From an uncultured Nitrosopumilales archaeon (GTDB lineage: Archaea; Thermoproteota; Nitrososphaeria; Nitrososphaerales; CAZIZY01): a stretch of 64,000 nt of DNA. Location: the NCBI GenBank assembly GCA_964544235.1, contig CAZIZY010000007.1, forward strand, positions 3,043-67,042. The letters run 5' to 3'. A program made the position numbers and the translations under genes. Positions 1 to 9,977 of this stretch are shown here, piece after piece. How positions within the stretch are numbered: position 1 is the first letter of the stretch; each line of letters begins with the position of its first letter. A model generated the notes under the pieces. The model was not told the origin of the DNA, did not search any database, and saw only the letters and a program-made list of their open reading frames with translations.

Positions 1-1805
1 TATGTGCTTTTTACACTATTAAAAAAGGAAATGTTGATGAAGCATTTAAGAAATCTGATATTATAGTTGAAGACTTTTTTGAAACTAGTATGGTTCACCA
101 AGGTTATTTAGAACCTCATGCTGCAGTTGCTCAAGTTAATAATTTGGATGAAGTAACCGTTTGGAGTAGTACTCAAACGCCTTTTGGACTTCGATCTGAA
201 CTCTCCGACTCATTGGGGATACCATTGAATAAAATACGTTTTATTCACACTTATACTGGTGGTGGATTTGGAGGAAAATTATCACTTACTGTTGAACCGG
301 CTTGTGTTGTATTATCTCAAAAAACTGGTCGAGCAGTAAAAATAACTTTGACACGTGAAGAAGAATTAATATCTACTAATCCTCGAGTTACTGTTAAATT
401 TCATCTTAAATCAGGATTAAATAAAAAAGGTAAAATAATTGCTAGAAAAGTAAAGTCGTTTGTTGATGCTGGAGCTTATGCTGGTTCTGCTACTGGTGTA
501 GGTAGAATGTCAGTAGATCTTGGTGTTGGTCCTTATAACATTGAAAATGTTGATTCAGAATCTTATGTTGTTTATACTAATAAAATGAGTTGTGGTGCTT
601 TTAGAGCTCCTGGATCGCCTCAAGCTTCATTTGCTTCAGAATCTCATACTGATCATTGTGCTAAAAAAGTTGGTATAGATCCGCTAGATTTTCGATTGAA
701 TAATGTTTGGGTTAATGGAAGTTATTCTCATACTGGTCAAAAGCTTGAAGGAATAGGTTTGAAAGATTCTCTTGAACAAATCGAAAAAGATAGTGATTGG
801 AATAATATTTCTTTAGCAAAGAATCAAGGCAAAGGAGTTGCAATCGGAATGTGGATGACTGCAGGTTCACTTGAAGGCGGAGCATGGGTAAAAATGAATG
901 AAGATGGAAGTGTATCTGTAGTTACTGGAGCTTGTGATTCTGGTTCTGGTGCAACTTGGGGTGGCTTACCTATGATCGCCTCAGAAGAATTAGGTGTTCC
1001 TCTTGATAAAATTTCAATATATATTGCCGATACTGCAAATACACCTTTTGATGCTGCAGCAGATGGTAGTAGAACTACTTATTGTACTGGTAACGCTGTA
1101 AAGGACGCGGCGATTCAAGTTAGAAATAAATTATTTGAATCAGCTTCTAAACATTTAGATTGTAATTCTAATGATCTCGAAATTTATGATGGTGTAATTA
1201 GAATTAAAAATAATGTCGATAATAATGTCCCCATTTCTGTATTAGCTGCTGAAAGTAAGACTGCAGGTGGACAATTCTTAGGAGGTGCTTCATACGTGTT
1301 TCCTTCACCCGAATATGATAAAAGTACTGTTGGAGGTGATATGACTTCCGGTAGTTTCATTGCTCCAACTTTCGCCGTTCAAGTAGCTGTAGTTGAGGTA
1401 GATGAAGAAACTGGTTTAGTTAAAACAATCAGATATGTGGCTACTCAAGATGTTGGATTTGCTGTTAACCCTATTGGTGTGGAAGGACAAATTGAAGGTG
1501 GTGCAGTACAAGGTTTAGGTCAAGCATTAATGGAAAAAGTAGTTTATGGCGAAGAAGGTGAAACGCTAAATCCTAATCTATTAGATTATAAAATGCCTAC
1601 TGCTTTAGATGTTCCTTATATTGAAAGCTCATATGTTGAAGGAAATTTTGCTGATGGTCCTTATGGTTCAAAAGGAGTTGGTGAGCCACCAATAGTTCCA
1701 CCTCCAGCTGCAATAGGAAATGCAATATATCATGCTACTGGAATTAGAATCAGAAAACTTCCTCTTGATCCTGAAACTGTATCGTCTGCATTTATGTCTA
1801 AATGA
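1..1805 (+). CDS. Molybdopterin-binding large subunit of a xanthine dehydrogenase / aerobic CO dehydrogenase (CoxL)-family hydroxylase. This is the C-terminal ~600 aa; the 5' end lies outside the window.
   Basis: Frame 3 is open from nt 3 (..KKGNVDEAFKKSDIIVEDFFETSMVHQGYLEPH..), so the listed ATG at 90 is internal. Motifs GAFRAPG, SRTTY and GSKGVGEPP are typical of the XDH/aldehyde oxidase MoCo-binding domains. Confidence 0.85.
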   Translation, partial: CAFYTIKKGNVDEAFKKSDIIVEDFFETSMVHQGYLEPHAAVAQVNNLDEVTVWSSTQTPFGLRSELSDSLGIPLNKIRFIHTYTGGGFGGKLSLTVEPACVVLSQKTGRAVKITLTREEELISTNPRVTVKFHLKSGLNKKGKIIARKVKSFVDAGAYAGSATGVGRMSVDLGVGPYNIENVDSESYVVYTNKMSCGAFRAPGSPQASFASESHTDHCAKKVGIDPLDFRLNNVWVNGSYSHTGQKLEGIGLKDSLEQIEKDSDWNNISLAKNQGKGVAIGMWMTAGSLEGGAWVKMNEDGSVSVVTGACDSGSGATWGGLPMIASEELGVPLDKISIYIADTANTPFDAAADGSRTTYCTGNAVKDAAIQVRNKLFESASKHLDCNSNDLEIYDGVIRIKNNVDNNVPISVLAAESKTAGGQFLGGASYVFPSPEYDKSTVGGDMTSGSFIAPTFAVQVAVVEVDEETGLVKTIRYVATQDVGFAVNPIGVEGQIEGGAVQGLGQALMEKVVYGEEGETLNPNLLDYKMPTALDVPYIESSYVEGNFADGPYGSKGVGEPPIVPPPAAIGNAIYHATGIRIRKLPLDPETVSSAFMSK

Positions 1806-1820
1806 GAATGATTCTTTTTA

Positions 1821-2054
1821 TTGGCTATAATTGTGTATGTACACTATATGGGCTCTCTTAAACAACGAATAAAGAAAAGCTCTCAAGAAGTTACTATGAA
1901 TAAAGGTGACAAAGTCATAGATCTGTTACAAAAAATTTCTCTTGCTGGAAGCTTTCAACCTGTAGTAATGATTGGAGATTCTCAAGTTGAAAACTCTAAA
2001 ACTTTAGTTGAAGGCGATAATCTATATTTATTTGAACCTATTCAAGGAGGGTAA
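1821..2054 (+). CDS. MoaD/ThiS-type beta-grasp ubiquitin-like protein (SAMP-like sulfur carrier) ending in Gly-Gly
   Basis: 77 aa. The beta1-like start is IIVYVHYMGSLKQRI and the C-terminus DNLYLFEPIQGG-stop matches the MoaD pattern (..DEVAIFPPVSGG). A TTG start is needed to keep the first strand. Confidence 0.7.
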   Translation: MAIIVYVHYMGSLKQRIKKSSQEVTMNKGDKVIDLLQKISLAGSFQPVVMIGDSQVENSKTLVEGDNLYLFEPIQGG

Positions 2055-2120
2055 CTATTTCACGCTCATAAAAAGTGAAACTTATTTATTGTTCTATAAA
2101 CTGAGAATATCAGAAGACAA

Positions 2121-3203
2121 ATGAGTAAAGTAAGAATAGGAATAATAGGAGTAGGTAATTGTGCAAGTGGCCTATTACAAGGAATACAGTTCTATAAGGA
2201 TAATCCTAAAGATACTGTCGGTCAACTCAATGAATATATTGGTGATTATGGACTAAATGACATTGAATTTGTTTCTGCATTTGATGTAGGTAGCAATAAA
2301 ATAGGTAAATCTTTATCCAAAGCAATTTTTGAGGCTCCTAACACTGTAAATTGGGTTAAAAGCGTATCTAATGCGGATGCCATTGTTAAAGAATCTCCTA
2401 TATTTGATGGAGTTGGACATTTTGTCAAAGATAAAATTAGCCCGTTGAATCAATCCAAATCACTTGAACAAATTAAACAAGAATTAATTCAAGAAATAAA
2501 AGATACAGAAACTGACGTATTATTGAGTTATCTTCCTGTTGGTAGTCAAAAAGCAACTGAATTCTGGGCAGAAGTGGCACTAGAAACAGGTTGTGGTTTT
2601 GTTAATTGTGTTCCTGTGTTTATAGCATCTAATCCAGTTTGGGCTAAAAAGTTTTCTGATGCTAATGTTCCAATTGTTGGTGATGATATTAAAGCTCAAC
2701 TTGGAGCAACTATAGTTCACCGAACTTTAGCAAAACTTTGTTCAGATCGAGGATGTGTAATTGATAAAACTTATCAAATTAATGTCGGCGGAAACACTGA
2801 TTTCCTTAATATGAGGGAAATTGAAAGACTCGAATCTAAAAAAATATCAAAAACTGAATCTGTTCAATCTGTTTTACCTGAAAGAATTCCTGATGAATCA
2901 ATCTATGTAGGTCCTAGTGATTATATCCCTCATCTTGGTAATACTAAATTATGTTTTATAAGAATTGAAGGAAGAATGTTTTCTCAAGTTCCATTTAATT
3001 TAGAACTTAGATTAGATGTTGATGATAAAGCTAATTCTGCAGGTATCGCAGTTGATGCTGCTCGAATATGTAAAATTGCGCTAGATCGAAAAATAGGTGG
3101 CCCTGTAATTGAGGCTAGTGCTTGGTTAATGAAGCATCCTCCAAAACAAATGCCTGATACTGAAGCGTTATCTGGATTGGATTCATGGATATCTAGCAAA
3201 TAG
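2121..3203 (+). CDS. myo-inositol-1-phosphate synthase (archaeal short type)
   Basis: 360 aa. N-terminal Rossmann motif VRIGIIGVGNCASGLLQGIQFYK, plus SYLPVGS and GDDIKAQLGATIVHRTL, as in archaeal/bacterial MIPS. Confidence 0.85.
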   Translation: MSKVRIGIIGVGNCASGLLQGIQFYKDNPKDTVGQLNEYIGDYGLNDIEFVSAFDVGSNKIGKSLSKAIFEAPNTVNWVKSVSNADAIVKESPIFDGVGHFVKDKISPLNQSKSLEQIKQELIQEIKDTETDVLLSYLPVGSQKATEFWAEVALETGCGFVNCVPVFIASNPVWAKKFSDANVPIVGDDIKAQLGATIVHRTLAKLCSDRGCVIDKTYQINVGGNTDFLNMREIERLESKKISKTESVQSVLPERIPDESIYVGPSDYIPHLGNTKLCFIRIEGRMFSQVPFNLELRLDVDDKANSAGIAVDAARICKIALDRKIGGPVIEASAWLMKHPPKQMPDTEALSGLDSWISSK

Positions 3204-3270
3204 AATGAAAATATTATAATCTTTATTTTATCCTTAAATCTGTTAGTTACAGTTTTATTAATGATGGTTT

Positions 3271-3780
3271 ATGAAAATTGACCACAAAAAAGCGAAGTTA
3301 ATAAAAGAACGTACTGAACATAGATACTCTTTAGATTCCGAAAATCAAAAGGGATCGGTACGAGCTGATCTAAATTATATAGATGGAATGAAGATTCAGT
3401 CTAAAATTAAAGAATTCACTTTAACTATTGATGAATCAGATGAATCTGGCGGTAATGATAATGGTCCAAATCCTTTATCATATTTTCTTACTGGGGCCTG
3501 TTCATGTTTAATGATTCAATATTTAAGATTAGCAATAATTAACGAATTTAACATAAAAAAACTTAATATTACTGCTCGAGGACATTTTGAAATGAAAGTT
3601 AAAGGTGTCTTCAATAAAATTATTTATGATATATATTTGATAAGTGATGAAAAACCTGAAAAAATAAAGAATATTGCTGGTGAAGCTGAAGATTTATGTT
3701 TTATTCACAATACTCTAATTAAAGCTGGCGTAAAAATGGAAACAAATCTTCATCTGAACGGAAAATTACTTATTTTTTAG
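3271..3780 (+). CDS. OsmC/Ohr-family protein (peroxiredoxin-like)
   Basis: 169 aa. GGNDNGPNPLSYFLTGACSCLMIQY matches the OsmC core with its paired cysteines. Confidence 0.65.
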   Translation: MKIDHKKAKLIKERTEHRYSLDSENQKGSVRADLNYIDGMKIQSKIKEFTLTIDESDESGGNDNGPNPLSYFLTGACSCLMIQYLRLAIINEFNIKKLNITARGHFEMKVKGVFNKIIYDIYLISDEKPEKIKNIAGEAEDLCFIHNTLIKAGVKMETNLHLNGKLLIF

Positions 3781-3836
3781 TTATGGAATCTTACAGTTTT
3801 GACTATTATCTAATTTATTCATATTAATGGGGTGTT

Positions 3837-4631
3837 ATGATGGCAATTTCTTCTAATGATCTTTATTGTAATATATCTTCCAGCTTAAAATCATCTTCAA
3901 TCATTGGGAAAAAAATAATTTATTTTGAAAGTTTATCAAGTACACAAGATCAATTAAAAGAACTTTCTAAAACTAATGAAGAAGGTTTAATTGTAGTTGC
4001 TGGAAATCTTACTCAAGCTAGGGGTAGATTCGGAAGAAAATTCTATACAAATAATGGTGGATTGTATTTCAGTATCTTATTAAAGCCTCAACTTGATTTA
4101 TTTGATTCAAGAATTATTACATTAGCTGCATCTATATCGCTAGCTGAATCAATATACACCTTAACTGATCTTAAACCTTCAGTTAAATGGCCAAATGATT
4201 TATTATTAAACGGCTTCAAGTTTAGTGGAATTCTATCTGAAGTATATCATTCTAATAATTCGAATAATTTACTTTTAGGAATTGGAGTTAATGTTAATTT
4301 CAATAAAAATAAACTTCCTTTAGAAATTCAACCATTTTCTACTACTTTAAAAGATATTTATGGTAAAAATTTATCTAAAATCGATCTTTTGACTGAATTC
4401 CTAAAAAATTTTAATGAAATGTATGTTTCTTTAAAAAAGAAGAATAAATCCGAATTACTTAAAAAATGGATACAATGGGATGATAATATTGGTAAACAAG
4501 TTTCTTTTAGTGTCGATTCTTTAGTTTATCATGGTCAAATTCTTGGCATAAATCCAAATGGTGAATTACTTCTTAATGTAAATGGAGAAATACTGAATTT
4601 CTCTTCAGGTGAACTCCGATTCGCTACATAA
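3837..4631 (+). CDS. birA: Biotin-[acetyl-CoA-carboxylase] ligase (BirA catalytic type, no HTH)
   Basis: GRGRFGRKFYTNNGGLYFSILLKP (the GRGRxGR biotin-AMP loop) and KWPNDLLLNGFKFSGILSE. Confidence 0.8.
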   Translation: MMAISSNDLYCNISSSLKSSSIIGKKIIYFESLSSTQDQLKELSKTNEEGLIVVAGNLTQARGRFGRKFYTNNGGLYFSILLKPQLDLFDSRIITLAASISLAESIYTLTDLKPSVKWPNDLLLNGFKFSGILSEVYHSNNSNNLLLGIGVNVNFNKNKLPLEIQPFSTTLKDIYGKNLSKIDLLTEFLKNFNEMYVSLKKKNKSELLKKWIQWDDNIGKQVSFSVDSLVYHGQILGINPNGELLLNVNGEILNFSSGELRFAT

Positions 4632-4652
4632 CTATTATGTTTCTAAAAGTAT

Positions 4653-6215
4653 CTATAATGGCATATTTCCATGTTTTTTTGATGGGAGACTTTGTTCTTT
4701 ATTCTTTAAAACTTCTAGTCCTCTAATTATCATTATTCTTGTATCTTTTGGATCAATTACATCGTCTACATGTTGATATGATGCCGGATAATCTATATTC
4801 ATGTATTTATCTCTAAATTCTTTTTCTCGTTTTTTTCTTTCAGATTCAGGATCTTTAGATGCTGATATTTCTTTACGATAAATTGTATTAACTACTCCTT
4901 CCGCAGCTATTAATCCAATTTCAGCTGTTGGCCAAGCATAAACAAAATCTGTAGCTAGATACTTTGATCCCATCGCCATGTAAGCTCCAGCATAGGCCCA
5001 TCCTGTTATTACGGTTATTTTTGGTACAGTGGCTTCAGATACAGCATATAATAATTTAGAACCTCTATAAATCATACCTAAACGCTCTTGTGCTGTTCCT
5101 GGAATATACCCTGGTGCACTTACTAAGAATAATATAGGAACGTTAAAACAATCACAAAATCTTATGAATCTTGAAGCTTTTTCAGAGGCTAATACATCTA
5201 TTCCTCCTGCTAGATGATTTGGATTATTACCGATTATTCCTACTGGTTGACCATCAAATCTTGAAAATCCTACTATCATGCTTTTTGCATAATCTTTATG
5301 GATCTCAAAGAATTCTCTATTATCAATAATTTCGTATATAATTTCATGCATACTATATGGGATCTTAGGATCATCAGGAATTATACTGTAAAGTGATTCA
5401 CATGTTCGATATGGATCATCACCATTTTTTATAATAGGGGGTTTCTCAGAGTAATTTGATGGAAGAAATGATAATAGCTGTTTAACTTTATTAATTACAT
5501 CAATGTCATTCTCAGCTAGAACATGACATACTCCACTTACACTTGAATGCATAATTGCTCCTCCTAATTCTTCAGGAGTAGTTTTTTCTCCTGTTACAGT
5601 TTCAACTATAGGTGGCCCCGCAATGAAAGTAGCTGATTTCTTCGTCATAAATATTAAATCGCTTAATCCTGGTTGATATGATTGACCTCCAGCAACATTT
5701 CCACACATAACTGCAATTTGTGGAATTGTTCCCGAAAATATTGAAGTATAATAAAACCATTCTCCATATGTTCTAGATATTTCAAGAAATTCCTGTAATC
5801 TTGCTCCTCCAGATTCATTGAATCCTATTAATGGAATCTTCATTTGACCTGCAAGCTTTGTAATTTTTAGTATTTTTCTCCCATGCATTTCTCCCATTGT
5901 TCCAGCTATTACCGTATAATCTTGAGATAATGCAGCTACTAATCTTCCATCGACTTTTCCATACCCTGTTATTACTCCATCTGCAGGTAAATCTAATTTA
6001 TCAATACCAAATTCTTTCCCTAATACTTTTCCAAATATGTCTAATTCAATAAAGGTTCCCGGATCAAAAAATAAATCTATGCGTTCTCGTGCGGTAAGTT
6101 TTCCTGAATTATGTTGTTTTTCAACCTTTTCTTTCCCACCGCCTAATCTTATATTTTCTTTATTCTTTTCAATTCTGTTAACTTTTTCAATGATTTTATC
6201 TGGATCTCTAGTCAA
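4653..6215 (-). CDS. pccB: Acyl-CoA (acetyl/propionyl/methylmalonyl-CoA) carboxylase, carboxyltransferase beta subunit
   Basis: 520 aa. LTARERIDLFFDPGTF, GGARLQE and a duplicated crotonase-like carboxyltransferase fold; full-length similarity to PccB/MmdA. Confidence 0.9.
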   Translation of the reverse strand: MTRDPDKIIEKVNRIEKNKENIRLGGGKEKVEKQHNSGKLTARERIDLFFDPGTFIELDIFGKVLGKEFGIDKLDLPADGVITGYGKVDGRLVAALSQDYTVIAGTMGEMHGRKILKITKLAGQMKIPLIGFNESGGARLQEFLEISRTYGEWFYYTSIFSGTIPQIAVMCGNVAGGQSYQPGLSDLIFMTKKSATFIAGPPIVETVTGEKTTPEELGGAIMHSSVSGVCHVLAENDIDVINKVKQLLSFLPSNYSEKPPIIKNGDDPYRTCESLYSIIPDDPKIPYSMHEIIYEIIDNREFFEIHKDYAKSMIVGFSRFDGQPVGIIGNNPNHLAGGIDVLASEKASRFIRFCDCFNVPILFLVSAPGYIPGTAQERLGMIYRGSKLLYAVSEATVPKITVITGWAYAGAYMAMGSKYLATDFVYAWPTAEIGLIAAEGVVNTIYRKEISASKDPESERKKREKEFRDKYMNIDYPASYQHVDDVIDPKDTRIMIIRGLEVLKNKEQSLPSKKHGNMPL

Positions 6216-6331
6216 TACAAATCGTTATTCAATCAAAATTTTTGGTACATATTAAACTTGTATCACCATGTATTATAATTGAAATATAATTCGTTAATCA
6301 ACGAAATATACTTGTTATAATTTAATTAAAA

Positions 6332-6645
6332 ATGGCAGATCTACTGGAATTCGAAGATAAAATGATTCCGTCACTTCATCAACATAGTCACTTACGTTGA
6401 CGTAATAACGTTCCCGCCCCATCTTAGGATTGCTCCCTCCCGGACCTCATCCGATTCGACGGCTAAAAGTTAAAACTTTCCTTCGAAAGTTTTACTTCTT
6501 ACGGAAGCCCATCACGGCGTAAGCTCATTCTTGTTGATAAAGCAGGTATTTCATTTACTCTACTTTACCCAGCAGTTACTGGTTCCTGCATATAGTCGAT
6601 TTCAGGTTAATAAAGGACGACTAGCCCCCCAACCCTTCCTGCCAT
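6332..6645 (-). ncRNA. Signal recognition particle RNA (archaeal 7S RNA), about 314 nt; ends are approximate
   Basis: A GC-rich, ORF-free island in an AT-rich background. On the minus strand the termini pair (AUGGCAG...CUGCCAU). The 5' end reads GGGGGGCUAGUCGUCC. There is a helix-8-like GGUCC-GGGA-GGGAGCAAUCCUAAG (GNRA loop plus AGCA loop), comparable to the GGUCCGGAAGGAAGCAGCC core of SRP RNAs. Confidence 0.75.
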
Positions 6646-6652
6646 TATATAT

Positions 6653-7597
6653 TTACTGATCGCTAGCATATATTTGCATACTATCATTCACTATATTGAT
6701 AGTTTTACATACTGAGCATATTGGTTGAGATGATAATTGTCCACATTTTTTACATTTTATTCTGTCTTTTTGGGTTATTTCACTAGATTTCTGAGCCATT
6801 TTCATAGCTGAGCTAAAAGTACTGTATTTAATTCCTGGGTGTAATCTTTCAAGATTGTTTAAAAACTCTCTAACTTCAGATCTTATTGATTCATCTTGAT
6901 ATGGGCAATCTTCTACCTGAAAATCAATTTTCATTAAATAGGTGTAATAAGCTATTTCTTCTTCATAAATATCCATAAATGGTTTAATTCTTCTAATATC
7001 TGATTTAAATCCTGAGGATAATGGATTTAACCATGAAATTCTCGGAAGATCATTATTGAATAAATTCATAAAAAATGTTTGAAGTGAATCATCAAGATTA
7101 TGAGCGGTAGCAATTACATCAGCATTTATTTTTTGAGCTGCTAAATCAATAGCTCTTCTTCTTAAAGGACCACATACTGAACATGAACTTAGTTTTCTAT
7201 TATCTGGCTTCAAAGCTTCATCCAAGGTAAAATCAAACAGTTCATCGTACGATACTACTATTTGTGGCACATTTATGCTCTTACACATTTTTTCAGCTAA
7301 AAATTTTGATTCGTCTCTATATCCTTCTATACCTTCATCTACTGTAATTGCATATAATTTAGATCCATGACTTTTTGTTATTTGATTAAGGACATCTAAT
7401 AGTGCAGAACTATCTTTTCCTCCTGAAAGACCAATAGCTATTTTTTCTCCGTACTTTAGCATTTTATATTTAGATATTGTTTTTCTAGTCTTTTCAACAA
7501 TTGAATTCTTAAAACATTCAGTACATAACGATTCACCAGAGTATTTTCTTCTATAAACTGCTTTTTCGCTGCAGAACGAGCATGATTTTATATCCAC
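6653..7597 (-). CDS. tRNA 2-thiolation PP-loop ATPase (TtuA/NcsA/Ctu1 family)
   Basis: N-terminal CSFC..CTEC and C-terminal CKKC..CSVC zinc fingers flank the PP-loop SGGKDSS. Confidence 0.8.
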   Translation of the reverse strand: MDIKSCSFCSEKAVYRRKYSGESLCTECFKNSIVEKTRKTISKYKMLKYGEKIAIGLSGGKDSSALLDVLNQITKSHGSKLYAITVDEGIEGYRDESKFLAEKMCKSINVPQIVVSYDELFDFTLDEALKPDNRKLSSCSVCGPLRRRAIDLAAQKINADVIATAHNLDDSLQTFFMNLFNNDLPRISWLNPLSSGFKSDIRRIKPFMDIYEEEIAYYTYLMKIDFQVEDCPYQDESIRSEVREFLNNLERLHPGIKYSTFSSAMKMAQKSSEITQKDRIKCKKCGQLSSQPICSVCKTINIVNDSMQIYASDQ

Positions 7598-7681
7598 ATT
7601 ATTTTTATTATTATTATCACTTTAAAACGGTTATCACTAGATATCCTTCTAAATATTACACACTTAAAATTAATGATTTAA

Positions 7682-8905
7682 ATGAATAAAAAATCAAAAA
7701 CTAAGATTAAAAACGTGGAAATTCAATTTCCTGTAATCTTAATTCGAACTAAAAAAGGATTAAATTTTATTAATAAAATTAGTAAACTAAAATCTATCAG
7801 CTCTATTGGAAATATTCTTCTTTTAATAATGCCAATTTCTTCATTTATTGCTTTTTATTTGATATTAAGAGCAATTTCTATTTATTCTAATAGTGATGCA
7901 GCAAGGACTCAAGCTCGTGAATTGACACCTTTTGCAAATATTTTAATTCCAGGAGTAAACCCATTACTCCCAATTTTTTATGGGTATATTGCTTTAGTTA
8001 TAGCTTTAGTCGTTCATGAAAGCGCACACGCTATTTTTGCTCGATCTTTTAATCTTCGTGTTAAATCAACTGGCCTCCTCTTATTATTAGGACTTCCCAT
8101 TGGTGCTTTTGCTGAAGTTGATGAAAAACAGCTAAAAAAATCTTCGCCCAAAAAGGGCCTTCAAGTTCTTTCATCAGGACCAGGGGCTAATATGGTTGTA
8201 GCATTGTTTTCTTTATTTCTACTTGTAATCTTAGTATTTTCTCTTTCCCCTATGGTAACTGGTGTTGCTATAACTGGAATTAATGAGGATTCATCTCTTT
8301 ATATTTCTGGAGTTCGTGCAAAAGATGTAATATATGCAATTAATGCTTATCCAATAAACTCAATTAATGATATAACTTCCGTAATTAATTCACATAATGT
8401 CAATGATACTGTAATGATATCTATCTTGAAAGCTGATGAAAATTATCGTTTAGTAGAGATCTCTACTCTTCTTTCTCAACGAGATCCTGATAATTTATCT
8501 CCCTATCTCGGAATAACTATTGTTGATATTGAAAATAGTTTAGCCGAATATAAAAAAAGAATTCCTTTTTCTTTTTTACGAGTGCCCACAATGTCATCTT
8601 ATCAACATATTACTCCTTTCTCAGATTTAATGTCTGATTTTTATTCTTCACCATTAGGTTCTTTTTTCAAACCAATTGCTAATTTGTTCTTTTGGATATG
8701 GTTCATTAATTTTAATTTGGCTATTTTTAATTCTCTTCCAATATATCCTCTTGATGGTGGCCAATCTTTATTCATAATTATTCGTTCATTTAACAAAAAC
8801 TCAATAAATGAAAAACTTGCTTACAACATAACTATCTTCATAACATTTATTTTCGTGTCGATAGTCGCTCTTTTATTATTGATTCCATATATCTCTATTT
8901 TTTAA
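7682..8905 (+). CDS. Site-2 protease family (M50) membrane metalloprotease with PDZ domain
   Basis: HESAHA (HExxH) in a TM helix, a distal NSLPIYPLDGG motif, multiple TM segments and a central PDZ-like region. Confidence 0.8.
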   Translation: MNKKSKTKIKNVEIQFPVILIRTKKGLNFINKISKLKSISSIGNILLLIMPISSFIAFYLILRAISIYSNSDAARTQARELTPFANILIPGVNPLLPIFYGYIALVIALVVHESAHAIFARSFNLRVKSTGLLLLLGLPIGAFAEVDEKQLKKSSPKKGLQVLSSGPGANMVVALFSLFLLVILVFSLSPMVTGVAITGINEDSSLYISGVRAKDVIYAINAYPINSINDITSVINSHNVNDTVMISILKADENYRLVEISTLLSQRDPDNLSPYLGITIVDIENSLAEYKKRIPFSFLRVPTMSSYQHITPFSDLMSDFYSSPLGSFFKPIANLFFWIWFINFNLAIFNSLPIYPLDGGQSLFIIIRSFNKNSINEKLAYNITIFITFIFVSIVALLLLIPYISIF

Positions 8906-9967
8906 TTAATTTATTTTATATCTTAATAAAGAAATAAATCCTCCTAGTGATGAAACTTGTTTTCCAAGATCTGTTGAGCTATCAAGAAAATACACCTTTC
9001 CTTTCTGTTTTTCAATATCATTAAGTAGATTAACAACCTTCTTTTCTTCTACTGTTACAAATATTCTATCTGATACTATGATCGATTCAATTGCTCCTTG
9101 ATTTGCAGCATTATTAACATCATTATATCCCATAGCTATTCTTTGATCATTGTTAGCCATTCTTTTCATAAATTCTTCAAGAATATTATATGATTTGGCC
9201 ATTTTAGAATCTTGTAGTGTTTCATTAAATTTCTCAGATCGTAAAGTTTGTCTTACTCCATCTTCTCCTGCTAAATCTATTCCTTCAATTAATATGATCG
9301 AAATATCATTATTGTTGAATTTATTATTCAAATAGTTTGATAGTGAATTCTTTACATTTCCTGGACCCGAAATTATGATTTTAGCCTTGGATGACATGTG
9401 AATCTCTAACATTTTGTGAACCTTTTCGAAATAATTTGTATAATTAATTTTTCCATTTCCATAAAATTTTCCAGAAGCACCTGATTGAATATTGGGAAAA
9501 TTATTAACATGAGTGCCTTTAACTTGAGATATTCCTGATTCTCTCGAATCTATAGAAATTATTAAAAATATATCTTGGTTACTTGTAGATCCTTTGAGAA
9601 GATTACTTTGAAGACTATTCCATTTCTTTTTTCTTATTCCAATTCTTTTTCCTATACTGATTGTTGTTGAATGGTAACCATGCTTGCTTGGAAAATCTTC
9701 AGGAGCTTCAGCTATTAGTCCTTTAACTCTTAATCGATCTAATGAACTATCAAGGCTTATTTGTTCGGCTCTAATTGTGAGTTTAACCGATATTCTTTCT
9801 CCTTTATCAGGCCTAGTAAAATCTCCTTGTTGTTTTATGACTCTAGTTGTTTCTGAAGCGATTAAATCATCTATTTCTATTATTCTCCTTAAGTCCCATA
9901 AATCTTCACCCTCTTCAGGAGTAACTAACGCATATCCTATTTTAGGGTTAAATTTATGTATTATCAT
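8906..9967 (-). CDS. pelA: Pelota (Dom34) mRNA surveillance / ribosome rescue factor
   Basis: 353 aa. The start GYALVTPEEGEDLWDLRRII and the eRF1-like domain 2/3 layout are typical of archaeal Pelota. Confidence 0.9.
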   Translation of the reverse strand: MIIHKFNPKIGYALVTPEEGEDLWDLRRIIEIDDLIASETTRVIKQQGDFTRPDKGERISVKLTIRAEQISLDSSLDRLRVKGLIAEAPEDFPSKHGYHSTTISIGKRIGIRKKKWNSLQSNLLKGSTSNQDIFLIISIDSRESGISQVKGTHVNNFPNIQSGASGKFYGNGKINYTNYFEKVHKMLEIHMSSKAKIIISGPGNVKNSLSNYLNNKFNNNDISIILIEGIDLAGEDGVRQTLRSEKFNETLQDSKMAKSYNILEEFMKRMANNDQRIAMGYNDVNNAANQGAIESIIVSDRIFVTVEEKKVVNLLNDIEKQKGKVYFLDSSTDLGKQVSSLGGFISLLRYKIN

Positions 9968-9977
9968 TAACCGATTA

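Noticed and set aside
2246-3199. Short antisense ORFs listed in the track. Examples: 2246-2428, 2984-3199, 6037-6255, 9150-9335, 9684-9983, 13255-13437, 15222-15413, 17566-17757, 19830-20135, 20714-20953, 23742-23960, 24957-25148, 26597-26869, 27799-27999, 29544-29993, 30257-30460, 31085-31330, 36700-36882, 40079-40451, 41049-41309, 41646-42110, 48894-49136, 49792-52807 (several), 54042-54383, 54944-55126, 56206-56397, 56799-57245, 61629-61850.
   Set aside because: Each lies wholly inside, or opposite to, a longer ORF with clear family motifs. Their products are low-complexity or mirror-image translations with no motifs. They are typical shadow ORFs of AT-rich DNA.
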